The notes below the pieces were generated by a model that had not been told where the DNA came from, searched no databases, and worked only from the letters and a program-made list of their open reading frames with translations. From Basidiobolus meristosporus CBS 931.73 (Eukaryota > Fungi > Basidiobolomycota), in contig MCFE01000267.1 in the NCBI GenBank assembly GCA_002104905.1, positions 43,627 through 107,626 on the forward strand: DNA of 64,000 nucleotides. The letters are read 5' to 3'. The stretch's first letter is position 1; each line of letters begins with the position of its first letter. Below, piece by piece: positions 1-12,855 of the stretch. The translations under genes and the position numbers were made by a program.

Positions 1-419
1 CCCCACACATCTGCTCCATAGGAAGCTCCCAAAAGGTGAAGCAAGGCCCAATATTCTCCACACACCATGCAAGATGGAGTACAGAATGGATACAGTAGTG
101 GCAGAGATCTACGCATTCAGCTTTATGCTTGTAGTGTAGCTGCTTGAATCCCATCACAAACTCCTTGCACAACAGCTGTAGATGTGTCAAGTTGGCATTG
201 GTGATCTGCTTCTGGATAAATATTCCCACAATGTCAACAAATATCACCCATTGTTTCCAATGTAATCTTGGTAGAAGTGGCTTCAGATAGACACCTGAAT
301 CAATACATACCCATTCACTAAATTATTACATTTGTGTTGTGGCATAAGTGTAGGTAGATTGATTGGAGCCTGTGAGAGGTACTTCAGGTAGCAGATACTC
401 TGTCATATCTTGTCAATTG
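1..419 (-). pseudogene. CMC/EnSpm transposase C-terminal (DUF4218-type) remnant
   Basis: Homologous to 690-1140 of the adjacent copy (CIHSVLHLAWCVENIGPCFTFW-type motif on the minus strand); cut by the window edge. Confidence 0.8.
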
Positions 420-547
420 CCCAATGAAAAAAAAAGTGGTGATCCCTTCAAATGGCTGTCACAAAATTAAAGTTCCATGACTAAGAGGTATTGATTCTGT
501 CAGGACACCATGCAAAAGCTGTTGAGAAATAACTGCACCCCAGATTT
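420..547. mobile_element. CMC element terminus (end B variant, CCCAATGAAAA...) inserted into a transposase copy
   Basis: Matches the end-B subterminal sequence at 25477-25600 and, inverted, 39863-39991 and 52270-52392. Confidence 0.75.
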
Positions 548-2810
548 CTTCTTAATGCCATAGGCATAGGTGTCTCCATATGCACATTTGTCCTCAGTAA
601 TTTTCAACTCTTCCTGGCTGTCCTCCATATGCCAACTTATCAAATCCATGATGGACCTGAAGGTAATATTCTTGATGAGATTGGGATTGGGTAGTACCTG
701 CAACATGACTTGTCTTCCTATCTCCCTACATATCCGCACCATAGGAAACTCCCAAAAGGTGAAGCAAGGCCCAATATTCTCCACACACCATGTAAGATGG
801 AGTACAGAATGGATACAGTAGAGGCAAAGATCTACATGTTCAGCTTTATGCTTGTAGTATAGCAGCTCAGATCCTGTTACTAACTCCTTGCACAACAGTG
901 GTAGATGTACCAAGTTGGCATTGGTGATCTGTGTCTGGATAAATATTCCTACAATGTCCACATATGACTCCCAGTGCTTCCAACATACTCTTGGTAGGAA
1001 TGGCTTCAGAACACCACTTTAACAAACATATATCCAGTTCATCCAGTCTTTGCATTTGTATTGTTGCATAAGCATATTGGTATTGATTCAAGCCCATGAG
1101 AAGTACTTAGGGTAGCAGATACTCTGTAATATCTTGCCAATTCTTTCAAATTTCTCTGGTATCTCAAATGGCTCATTTAGCTTGAAATGCCCCATGTACA
1201 ACTTGGTTGTCAGTATAAGGATATTGTTGAAAAGCAAATGCACTGCTCTCTGTGGAAAGCTTTTGCTCCAACAAGTACCCTCTATCTTAAGTAGCTCTGG
1301 CTTCCAGTTGACTCCATATTCCAGCCAATGGCTTATAGCTTGCCAACTTTGCTGCAATTGCATGCTGACTTCTGTACATTCTCTCTGCGGAAAGTTGGTA
1401 TTCTAAGTACTGGTGTTTGGGCAATAATAATGTGTGTGAGTTATAGAGTAAATACCCTGGATCTTACAAATTCAATAGCAATACTGTCCATTGCGCCCAG
1501 AAAAACCTGCTGTCTTGCTAATGGCTGGGGTATCTCCAATGCAGATGATAATATGCGCATTTAAATGACAGCCATTTACTGCTATCCTGCTGGTAAGTAT
1601 ACAAATTTCATCCAGCAATGGCTACAGGTAGCTATCCAGGTTGGACAGTTATTTAGGCCCAGATATCAGTGAGACTAGCATCAGGTTACTGCTCTGATAC
1701 TGTAAGATGGGTGGCAGATTTAGATTGATGAGAATCAGTGGCCAGTAGGATTTGGTGGTAGAGTGCTTGTTTAATGAGAATCCATCAAGTGCTAAGGCAA
1801 AGGCATGGTCATACACACCTTCAAAGTAGCCCTTGCTTCTTGGCCGCTTGTAATGTTAGCCATCAAATAAATCAGATATGTTTGAGCTTGATTGATACTG
1901 AGTGCAGTACTGTATGGATTGCCAATATTTGTTGGACTGCATCAGCTTCCTCAGACAGTGTTTTACTGGAATACATCTGGAGTGTGAACAATGTTTTCCG
2001 TCAATGGTGGTGGATTCCTGACAATTTGGACATGTTGCAATGGTAGCATTTTTGGATGTAAATGCCAGGCAATTGTTGACACATGCTGGAATCAGGACTG
2101 TCTCTTGATCATATGTTGCCAGCCGCATGATAGTTGTCCACTTGTACCATGTACATGGTAAGTTGCATCCCAGAATGATTTTGCCAAGAAGAAGCAATAA
2201 ATATTCATAGCCCCTATTACTATATTAGTGGAAATGCATCACTTCTCTAGCCACAACATTACATCATTCACTAGTAAATGGAATACTGGGCTCACTTGGC
2301 TCCATAAATATCCTTGGGATTTGTTTCAACAGGTGTTGTCTCATTGCATATTGAGATTTGACCAGGCTCATACATGGTACTGTTGTTAGGGGAGATAAGC
2401 TCACAATCCATCAGTGAACCTTTGTTGTCAGAGCTATCACTCTGCATGCCATATTCAGAAGGCTGAGGTGAGCATAAAGGTATCACAAACTCACCTGACT
2501 CAGTTTGCATAAGGTGACAAAGACAACCAGGTGCCAATACAGAAGTATTAACCAGCCGGCAAGATAATGTTGGTACAGAAGTTACCAATTAATAATTAAA
2601 TATGACTTGTGTGGCAAAGCACTAGCCATGATCATTGTAATGCTTCCTATGTTGTCTGCATGCTTCATGGCTGATAGGCTTGCTACAATAGCCACATGGT
2701 CTTTTTTCTCTTCTCTTACAATGTTTAGTCAAAGTAGTCTTGTCAATGGGGAAAGCAGTTTGACCTTCAACAATGTAATCATATTATATCACTTTTTGGT
2801 CAATACTCAT
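548..2810 (-). pseudogene. CMC/EnSpm (Transposase_21 + DUF4218-type) transposase, copy E1, frameshifted
   Basis: Motifs HAFALALDGFSLNK, WPLILINLNLPP, CPNCQE, CVENIGPCFTFWEFPM are spread over ORF fragments 500-961, 1088-1363, 1856-2197, 2292-2588; decayed start ATGAGTATTGAC at 2810. Confidence 0.85.
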
Positions 2811-2969
2811 GTGAGTTTGAGATAGTCTTGTTTTTGAGACATTGCACTTAGATGAATGTAAGATCCAATGATGACCTGCCATAGTAAGCATTATGAATAA
2901 AGTTGTGGCACCATATACACATGTATATATAATATTATTTCCCCATTGATTTGACTCACTTCCATACAT

Positions 2970-4745
2970 ATGCTACCAAAAAATAAAGCACAGTTGTCTG
3001 GTCCCCAACCACACTGTACCACTGATGGCAACAGGAGAACAGTTGGACAACAGCTTACTTTGACATTCAGTGCAACAAGGGGGGCTACATCTAAAAAAGG
3101 TCATGTTAACAGTGTGCCCACCAAAGGTACTAATGCAGACTCCTCAGGCTCTCAGTCAAGTAGGCAATTGAGAACCTATATGGAGCCACAAGCTGATCAT
3201 TATGCTAAGGCTGATGAGAATGTAGCAAATGCAGTACCCTCAGTCAAAGACCAGCAAGTGGCTATCATAACATCACCACCACACATATTAGCAAGTATAT
3301 TGTCAGCTCATACCAAAGCATTAATGAAGTAATTTGGTGCTGTGGCTCATAGGATAGATGGAATGGCCAAGAGAGATCAGGAAATAGTCCAGAAACAGGA
3401 TGACCAGACCCTATGAAAAAAAATTGATAAAAGGTCAGCAAAATACCATCATAGTATCAGCTAAGCTTCAGGTTTCTCAAAATTGACAACTCTCAAAATC
3501 ACAGTTCTGAGCTGATGGGCAGGCAACTAAACAAGTTGTCCAGGAGGAGACTAGGCAAGCTAGCATCCATACCAAATTTAGTAATTAGCTGCCCATTACT
3601 TTTATCAGAGATTGCATTTGAAATTTTGAACACAAAACACCAGCTGAATACCTGCAAAATATCATCAGAATAACAGCAGAATAACAGTTAAAAATTCAAT
3701 GAATTCCAAGTTTGAAATTTTTCTTAGGGGGATAATATGTGTAGAGCAATCAATATCCCAGGTAGAGAAAGCATTATCTTTGCTGCAAAGAAGGAACTCA
3801 AGTAGCTCAATGTCACAACCAAGAATTGAGTCATTTCCCCATGTAAATGCAGAAGAACACTGTAGAGTCTATGAAGCGCAAAAACAGTGCCCAACAATAA
3901 AGCCCACACAATAACTTATCACAGCATGGGAGGGAGACAATGAGATGTTGATACCAAAGCCTAAATATGAAAAGACATTGAAGATTTGCAAAGTTGTTGA
4001 GTGCAATAATGAAGAGTGGGCTAATGTTCAAGAGGCTGTCAAAAGTCTAGCACACCATCATATCAAGGCCAGCATACCATGGGACCATCAGGAACTTAAG
4101 GCCAAGCAGAATGCACTTGACTTGTTCCATGAGCATTATCCTGGACTCAAATGGGCAAACAGATTTTGGGCCTGCATTGGTATGCTAAGAGAGTATCTTG
4201 AGAATAGCACAAACTAACAAAGCCACAAGAACAAGGGTGCCATGGCTAAAAACCAGTTACTTCCTCAAAAGCCCATTACAAGCAGGGCCAAAAGCTCCAG
4301 ACAGGCATCAAAGAGAAGTGAGGTAGCTGGAAGAGTGCCAATTATGGACAAGCAGGCAGACAAAGATGCACCAGCACAACATATATCAAGGAAAAAGCAT
4401 ATTACCACTCTGGAAGAACTCAGTAAAGGTAGCAGTGAAGGACTTTGCAATGATAAAAACCAGCAGCATTTACAGGAGCCTGCAACAACTATGGTTGAGA
4501 GCTTGAAACAAGCAGAAAAGAAATGTCAAGTTGCAGGAAGAGTGCCAGCAAGGGACAAGTAGGACAGAACAGATGTGTCAGAGCAGAATTTATCAAGGAG
4601 CAAGTGTATTTCATTGCAAGAAGCACTCAGACCAAGTAGCAATGAAAGACCTAGCAGTGATAAAGGAAGAGGCAAGGGATAAATGTCTACCCAAGCCTGG
4701 GACAGGGAGGCATGCAAAAAAACTGCAGTTCTAGCCAATTAATGC
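2970..4745 (+). pseudogene. CMC element ORF2 (unknown function), copy E1, divergent from the transposase
   Basis: MLPKNKAQLSG... start; homologous to 17524-18501, 26620-27702 and 48094-52094; interrupted by a MITE and stops. Confidence 0.8.
3409..3730. mobile_element. CCCTA-terminal MITE (non-autonomous CMC), 2-bp TSD GA
   Basis: CCCTATGAAAA...TTCTTAGGGG flanked by GA/GA; removing it restores ORF2 (CAGATAAT); inverted homologue at 55589-55907. Confidence 0.85.
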
Positions 4746-6263
4746 AGCAAGGTGTTAACATGGTTTGGGCTGACATGTGCTGGCATGCTGAGGTTGCAAG
4801 GGATGGTGGCAAATCCAGCAAGGTGTGCTGGCGCAATCTGGACGCTGTTGCTTGCAGTCTGTATTCTTTCTCCAAAAGCCCACCATCTGATTCCTTAAGG
4901 TATTAACTTACTCTCCGTCTGATAATTTGGAACTGTGACCTGGATGAATCCTGTGTATGTTGCTCTTGGAAGCCACTTAGTTCTACTCATATATATCACA
5001 TAGTATATTAGTCATTTAAGGCAAAAACTCATTCAAAATCTCTTTGGTTCCAAAAGTTGAGGCACAAACAGATGTGTCCAGCCTGTACTGAGCAAATAGT
5101 GCATAGAATTACTCCCATGCAGCTTCTTCATCAAATCCCCTCATTCTTAGCTCATTTTTGACTTCAATTCTTGTCTTGGTAATATCTTCTTGCATTCATC
5201 CACTGGCATCTTGATGTAGAACTCATGACACAGCTTTCTAGTCAGGTTCATCTATCTCTATTGACTCTTTGAGGTACCTAGTTTGGCTAGATTAGTGAGT
5301 AGTGCCCAGATATCTGTATGAAGGTGCATCATAGACACTTAGGTCACACCAAATCATTTGGCAAGAACTTGAATGGATTCAACTTGAACTTCTTTGGTCC
5401 AGACCGTGCTTGTGATCTGCAAGATGGGTTTTTTCCAGGTTGTACTAAAGATGAGTTGAGACTTGGCATAGTGACCAGAGTGACAGATTTGGAAACTTAT
5501 AGAGTAATATACTGGCATTAACCTGCTCTTATATAAAATACATATGATAACTAATGGGATAATTGATTTTCCATATATTATGCATGATGCATCTTGAATT
5601 GCATAGACATGGATTGCATCACATCAATTGCAGATTTCCTGTTTAATTATAGACCTGCAACTAAAGCATCAATAAAAATACCAAGTCAATGTCTGAGGAT
5701 GATATTTGCAACATAATAATGGGATACCTGGCAATTGATGGAGATTTATTCATAATGCATGGAAAATCAGATAAATGAAGCGGATTATGCCAAATTGATC
5801 CAAATCACCTCAGCCCAATCACCTATCATTTTGAAAAGAACTTACTCATCTGTATGGTCTTCTCTCATCAATCCCATCACTACCATTGGATCTCCTTTTG
5901 ACACACTAGAGGAGATCTATACCAAGTACTATGAACTATCTATCCCAATCTACATAAGGAGATCCCATGTTAAATTTTTCTGCTACTGCAAGAGCTATTG
6001 CCATACAAGGTTCATCCAACTATCCATGGTAACAAAAGTCTGGGAAGCATTCATTCCCAGCTGACAGAAATGGAGAACCACCTTGCAGAGGGTATGAATG
6101 ACTTGGACCAAGCTTGGAGTACCAGGTTCAGAAGCTCCAATAGACTTCCATATTGTGGAGTGTTCAGCAACAGGTTCCATATAAGGAGTACTTGGAATAC
6201 CTTCCCAGTCAGAAATAACAGACCTTCTAGAGAGCAGAGGCACTTTTATTCTGCAAAGTACAA
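4746..6263 (+). mobile_element. Decayed, truncated copy (P1) of the IS5/Harbinger-like two-gene element
   Basis: 4746-5480 matches the partner ORF (45900-46627) and 5820-6263 matches the DDE N-half (46987-47412), ending at HFYSAKY where an LTR interrupts. Confidence 0.85.
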
Positions 6264-6800
6264 TGTTACAAGTCTTGGTAGAAGAGTTGCAGAGGAATAG
6301 GAAGTTTAACTAGAATTGTACCCACTAAAAACTGAACTGATTTATATTGAGGTTCTAGCTGCTCCTTGTATACATTTTGCTAGATCAATTGCTGACTAAT
6401 TATATCTCCCTTGATAGGTTGTGGCTGATGACTCATTTGATTGCATCATCATCACCCAATTAGATCCTACTTAATATAACTATTTCTGTCTGATAAGGAT
6501 CTGCTGATTCATCTGCTGACTAATACTACTGATTTGATAGGTAACACCAATATACTGATAGGCCAAACATATAACTAATTGATTTGACTAAAAGCTGATC
6601 TAACTTAAATATTAAAAGCAGTAGATCACAATATTCTTCCCTACCAAAGTTGAGAGGGTTCTGCTGAATCTCTTTTCTTGCAATACCAACATCTTGATGG
6701 TTCAGTGTTGTCAGCATGTCTTGCAAGCTTGAGTCTCTCTATGAACTAAATCTTCCTGGATATTCCCTAGTTTGTCCACTAAGTCTCAAGTTTAATTTTC
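6264..6800 (-). mobile_element. Ty3/Gypsy family B 3' LTR (6264-6633) plus integrase tail, minus strand
   Basis: Reverse complement of the LTR at 6955-7323; PPT-like GGGAAGAA next to it; adjacent sequence matches 16180-16384. Confidence 0.75.
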
Positions 6801-6950
6801 CATTAGGGCCTGATATTCCTCAGTCATTGCAGATCTCCAATACTTTGTCTGAGGGCTATTTAGGGCCTCTTTTATAGTCAGAGGTTCCTTGATATGGATT
6901 GAATAGGTAAAGGCCAAGTTAGTACCCTCATTGATATAGTTACTTGGGCT
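6800..6950 (-). pseudogene. Copia family D RT N-terminal fragment
   Basis: Matches 58640-58770 ([14 protein letters not shown] region). Confidence 0.7.
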
Positions 6951-6954
6951 ATTT

Positions 6955-7323
6955 TGTTATGATCTGCTGCTTGGATGTTTAAGTTGGATCAGTTTTTAGT
7001 CAAATCAATTAGTCATATGTTTAGGTTATCAGCATATCAGTATTATCCATTAAATCAGTAGCATTAGTCAGCAAATGAATCAGCAGATCCTTATCAGACA
7101 GAAATAGATATATTAGGTAGGATCTTATTGTGTGATGATGATGCAATCAAATGAGTTATCAGCCACAGCTTACATTAGGTAGTACAATTAATCAGCAATT
7201 GATCTGGCAAAATGTATTTAAGGAGCTGCTGGAATTTCAATAAAGAGCAGCTCAAGTTTTAGTGAATACAATACCAGCTAAACTCCCTATTCCTCTACAA
7301 CTCTTATACCAAGACTTGCAACA
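6955..7323 (+). repeat. Family B 5' LTR
   Basis: TGTTATGATC...CTTGCAACA; direct repeats at 14921-15285 and 16385-16627. Confidence 0.9.
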
Positions 7324-7381
7324 TTAATAGCAGCATTAACCAGAAACATCCCTCTTGAATAAAGAAGAAGCCTCCCTCAAG

Positions 7382-8540
7382 ATGTCCAAAAATCAAGAAT
7401 GGAAGAATGCTATGCACCAAATCCTAACCCAACAGCAACAAGGAATGACCACCATGGCCCAAAGCCAGCAAAACCCAGTCAAGAGCAACTTTAGTGTGAA
7501 GGTCAACCAGCAACATGGTAGAGTCAATGAAAACCTGGGAACATGGCACTTCCAGATTGAAGAAGCTTTCAAGGCTAAGGCAATTGATCCAGAAAGCAAG
7601 TTACAATATGCAGCTTCTTACCTGGCAGACACAGCTTTACAGTAGTACTGCAACATGATCAGGTCTTCCACCATGATGGGATGCTCTACAATCTCTACTT
7701 GGGATGAGTTTGTGTCAGAAATTCAGGATGCCATTGAGCCCCCACATCAACAGACATTACTAAGAAGAAAGTTGAAGACACTCAAATAGAAAGCAATGGT
7801 CCAAGAGTACATCTATGAATATAAATGTCTACTTGGGCAAATTGAAAGAATGGACCCCCTGGATCAAGTTGAAAACTTTATTGATGGGTTGAAAGTAAGA
7901 ACTTGTAAGGAAGTGAATTATTAAAGACCTCAGACTATTTGAGAAGCCATCATGATTGCCATTGACTATGACTCAGCTATGTTTGGAGTTGGGAAGCCCA
8001 CAATGACTAATCAGAGAGGCTACAATCACTGTGAAAGAAGACAATCAGAAGCAGTGCCAATGGAAATAGATGCTATGTAGAAGAATCCTACCTCAGAAGA
8101 ATGTAAGAAGAAAGGACTTTGCTTCAATTGTCACCAGCAGGGACATATTGCAAAGGACTGCCCTCAAAGAAGAAATGGACACCAGCCATCAAGAACCTTT
8201 AACCATATTGAGGCCATGGAGCATAGTAACATGGAGGATGAACTTGAAGAAGACTTGTAACTCACCTTCTATATGACAGAAGAATACCTATCCCAGATGA
8301 CCTCAAACTCAAAAAAGCTAGTATACTTGAATGGAGTAATCAATGGAGTACCTGCCAAGATCATGATTAACTCAGGAGCATTGCATAAGTACATGCCCAA
8401 GCAACTTGCTTTGAAAGCTGGATTCAACTTGGAACCCACCAAATCAACTTCAGTCTCAACAATTGATGGGAACTCTCACATAATCAACCATATTGCTCAG
8501 CCAGTATGGATGAAGATTAATGACTATGAAAAAGATCTAC
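7382..8540 (+). pseudogene. gag: Family B gag (with CCHC knuckle) and aspartic protease
   Basis: NENLGTWHFQIEEAF capsid-like motif; GLCFNCHQQGHIAKDCP zinc knuckle near 8115-8165; IMINSGA (decayed DSGA) in ORF 8273-8554. Confidence 0.8.
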
Positions 8541-8909
8541 TGTTGAAATATTAGACTATTTGGTATCATTCTGCAGCTAAAAATTTACTTAACAGTTCTA
8601 GACTAGTCTTAGTCACTGTAGGACTCATTTACTGCCTTAACATTGCCACTTTCTTCTGATATATGATCTTATGATTATTCCCTTATAGTCAGGATCAAAT
8701 TAGCACTATTACCAATCATTATGTACTAGCCCTGAAACTGTTCCAGAATGCTCCTGAATATTTAGAAACCCTCCCTACTTAGTGTTACAGCTGTATTACT
8801 TCTACAAAGGTATAAATACTGAGCTTCTTTACAAATAAACAGCAGTTCAACTATTATCACTATTTCTTGATAAGTTCCTTATTTTCAAATCACTTCCAAA
8901 ATTGCAACA
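8541..8909 (+). repeat. Copia C 5' LTR
   Basis: TGTTGAAATA...ATTGCAACA; roughly 95% identical by eye to 12850-13218. Confidence 0.95.
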
Positions 8910-8923
8910 GGTTATGAGCCCTG
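8910..8923 (+). promoter_or_regulatory. Copia primer-binding site for half-tRNA-iMet priming
   Basis: GGTTATGAGCCCTG is complementary to CAGGGCUCAUAACC, the anticodon arm of fungal initiator tRNA-Met, as used by copia/Ty5-type elements. Confidence 0.75.
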
Positions 8924-8945
8924 ATTGCCTTAATCTACTCTAAAG

Positions 8946-11900
8946 ATGACTTCTACCAGCAAACTAAGCAATACCAACATCTTCCCTGTAAAGGAGAGGT
9001 TTGATGGGAAGAACTACAGACTTTAGAGAATCAAGATGCAGATCCACCTTGAGGAAAGAAAGCTTTGGAACATTGTAACAGGAAAGGAAGTTGTGCCCAA
9101 AGGAGCAGCAGAAGATGTGGAGGAGTCTCAAGAGAAGGAGAGAAAGGCCTTCAATGCCATATGCATCAATGTGCAAGACTCCTTCATTGGACAAATCCAT
9201 GCCTCAAATACTGCCAAAGCAGCATGGGAATCCTTAGAGAAGATCTTTAGAGCAAAGTCAGTATCAAGCAAGCTTTATTTGAAACAAAAGTTCTTCAACA
9301 TGAGGAAGAAGCCAGATGATGACATGCTACAACTCATTACCAGAATGGAGGCACTTGCACAAGAACTTTATAGTATTAATACTGGTGTAGATGATGAAGA
9401 AAAGATATTCTATCTGCTTTGCAGCCTACCAGAAGAGTATGCGCTACTCATACTTTCTTTTGAAAGCAGAGAAGACAACTTGACTTTAGACTACGTCAAA
9501 GGAATACTTCTCCATGAAGAACTCAGACATAATGATCAAGCAGAGAAAATTGAAGATAATGCTTTATTCAGTTCAGAAAGGCACACAGAAAAGAAGGGAA
9601 AGCAACAAAACCAAAGAAAACCTGGCTGCTGTAACTACTGTAAAATGCCAGGACACTGCGCAAGAGAATGCAAGAAGAAACAAGCAGACAAAAAGCAGAA
9701 ACTAGAGCAGGCAAACCATATAACTACTGATGAACAGTTATTTGTAACTGTACAAGAGAGTGCAAGTAACCAAGGTAATGAATGGTATATTGACTTTAAA
9801 GCATCACAGCATATTGGTGGTATAAAGGATTGGTTCAGCAACTTAAAGACTATTCCCGTAAGAAAGGTTTATCTGGCAGATAACTCTGCATTGGAAGCTA
9901 CCGCCAGTGGGTCTATACAACTATGTATGAGTGATAATTCAGGGGCAACAATGGCAAAACTGACTGACATACTCTATGTACCTGGAATAGCTAAGAACCT
10001 ACTCTCAGTCAGTAAAGCAACTACTCAGGGACTGAAATTTGTTTTTACTAAGCTGAGCTGCTCAATATTGAGTGAAAATGGACAAAAATTAGCTTTGGGA
10101 ATCAGAGATCACAATATATACAGGTTACAATGCAAGATCATTGTACCTGAGTATGTCAACATTGCTGAAACAGATTAAGCAACTGAGAGACGTGGCATAG
10201 GAGGCTACGGCACATTGGGGAATAGAAAATGAGCCAATTGGTGAAAAATCAGCTTGTTTTGGGCCTAAAATACTCAATTCCAATCAAATTGAATGTTTGT
10301 AAGGGATGTTCATATAGCAAACAAGCTAGGCAACATTTCAAGAGCTCAGAAGGCATTAATACCACCGAAATATTGGCTATTGTACACTCACACATATGTG
10401 GCCCCATGAGAACACTGTCCACTGGAGCCAACAGATACTTTATGACGTTTATTGATGACAAGACAAGATATACATGGGTGTACTTCCTCAAAATAAACAA
10501 TGAAGCTTTAGAGATGTTTAAGCACTTCAAGAACATGGCAGAAACACAAACTGGGTGTAAATCGAAGTTACTATGAAGTGACAATGGAGAAGAATACTGC
10601 TCAAAGGAGTTTGCAAAATACTGCTTGTCTACTGGCATACCTCAACAGACCACAGTTCCTCATACTCCACAGCAAAATGGAGTAGCAGAATGCGCAAATA
10701 GAACAACAGTAGAGATGGGACAATCTATGCTACATGATAAGGGAATGGACTACAGGTTTTGGGCTGAATTTGTTGCTACCGCTATATACATCAAGAACAG
10801 ATGCCCAACAACAGCACTACGTGATTCTACACCCTTTGAAGCATATACAGGCAAAAACCGGATCTCCAGCATCTCAAGATCTTTGGTAGTGATGTTTTTT
10901 ATCACATCCCTGACCAAAGACGCTCAAAGTTGGAACCAAAGAGAAGGAAAGGGATCTTTCTTAGGTATTGTGAAGATACTAAAGGGTATAGAGTGTATGA
11001 TGGCAAAGTTCAGAAGCTGATCAGGAGCAGGGATGTTGTATTTGAGGAGAATTCAGATCAGAAAGCCACAGAAATCATTGGTCAGCTGCCTGATGATGCA
11101 ATCAGCACTAATGAAGAAAATACGTACTGAATCCTGCCAGATATGGAAGATACTTCTACCAGTTCCAGATCACAACAGATTATCCCAGTTAGGAGATCTA
11201 CTAGAATAAGAAATGCCCCTGGATCCTGGTGGCAGAAATCCAATGATCATGAAGAAGCTTATCTTGCCTTATGTGCCAAACCTCAGACTCTGGAACAGGC
11301 AATGCAAAGTCCAGATGCTACTAAGTGGCAACAAGCCATGCAGGAGGAGTACCAATCACTGATCAAGGCAAAAACATGGGCACTGGTAAATTTACCAAAT
11401 GGGAGAAAGCCAATAGGATGTAGATGGGTATACAAGATCAAGATAATCTCAAATGGTGCCGTTGATAAGTACAAGGCTCAATTGGTAGCTAAAGGCTATT
11501 CCCAGATCCGGGGACTTTGAGGAAACATTTGCTCCAATTGCCAAGCTTAGCTCTATTAGAACCGTTCTAGCCCTGGCAGCTGTACACAGTCTAGATCTAC
11601 ACCAAATGGACGTCAAAACAGCCTTTCCAGAATGGGATTTGCAAGAAACTATATATATTGAGCAACCGGAAGGTTTTACCAATCCAAAAGGCCCCCATAA
11701 GGTGTACAAACTTAGAAAATTGTTGTATGGGCTTAAGCAGGCACCCAGAGCATGGTATAACAAGATTGACACATATCTAGAGGATATTGGGTTCTCTCGT
11801 AGCACTGCAGATCAAAGTATACATGTGAAACAGCTTAAAAAGGGTGTGATCATCCTTGTTCTTTAGGTAGATGACCTAATCATAGCTACAAGTGACCAAG

Positions 11901-12855
11901 TGGCACTTAAACAGACAAAATCAGATCTCTTCAGCAAGTTTGAGATGTATGATCTTGGAAAATGAGCTATTTTCTTGGAATTGAGGTCAAATTTGACATA
12001 CCTATGCAGAAAATTTTGCTGAATCAGTCTAAGTACATCAGGGACATTCTTAGTTGCTTCAAAATGGAAAATTGCAAACCTGCAGCAACCCCTATGGACA
12101 ATAACCTCAAATTAAGCAAATCTAAGCCAGTTATAGATGAAAGTGGCTCAAATATGGACCAAAACTTTCCCTATCAATGAATGGTTGGTAGCCTAATGTA
12201 CTTGATGGTGTCTACATGTCCACATATTGCAGTGGCAGTTGGAATAGTCAGTCAATTCATGCAGAATTATGGATCAGGTCAAATTGCAGCAGTTAATCGG
12301 ATTTCCAGATATCTACAAGGTACCATAAATATGGTACTGGAATACTCTGGAGCAGCTAATAGGCAAAAATTTGATGGTTATAGTGATTCAGATTGGGGCA
12401 GGGATCTGATTGACAGATGCTCTACCACAGGCTATGTATTTCTTTATGCTGGTGCAGCTATTACTTGTAGTTGCAAGAAACAACCAACTGTGGCACTATC
12501 TACAACTGAAGCTGAATATATGGCTGCATGTCAAGCAACTAAGGAGGCTATATGGCTACAAAAATTATTCCAAGACTTAGGTTTTAATTCAGGTGAACCA
12601 ACAGGTATTTACAAGGATAACCAAAGTTGTATTTCATTAGCTAGAAATCCTACTAATCATGCCAGAACTAAGTACATTGATATAGAGCATCACTTTGTGA
12701 GGGAAGCTGTAGAAAATAATTTAGTGGAGTTAGTTTACTGCCCAACTGACAAAATGGTGGCAGACATATTGACAAAACTACTAGCTAGGCCACAGTTTGA
12801 GATTCTTAGTGAGAAATTGGGATTAAGAAATTATTTAGTTGAGGGGGAGTGTTGA
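8946..12855 (+). pseudogene. pol: Copia C gag-pol polyprotein, broken into several ORFs
   Basis: CNYCKMPGHCAREC knuckle, WYIDFKAS (DSGAS) protease, HSHICGP/TFIDDKTR/QQNGVAEC integrase, [30 protein letters not shown] RNase H. Confidence 0.9.

Noticed and set aside
7324-7345. Primer-binding site or self-priming hairpin for family B (TTAATAGCAGCATTAA)
   Set aside because: It could be a decayed TGGTAGC-type PBS or a chance short palindrome. The match is too weak to call.
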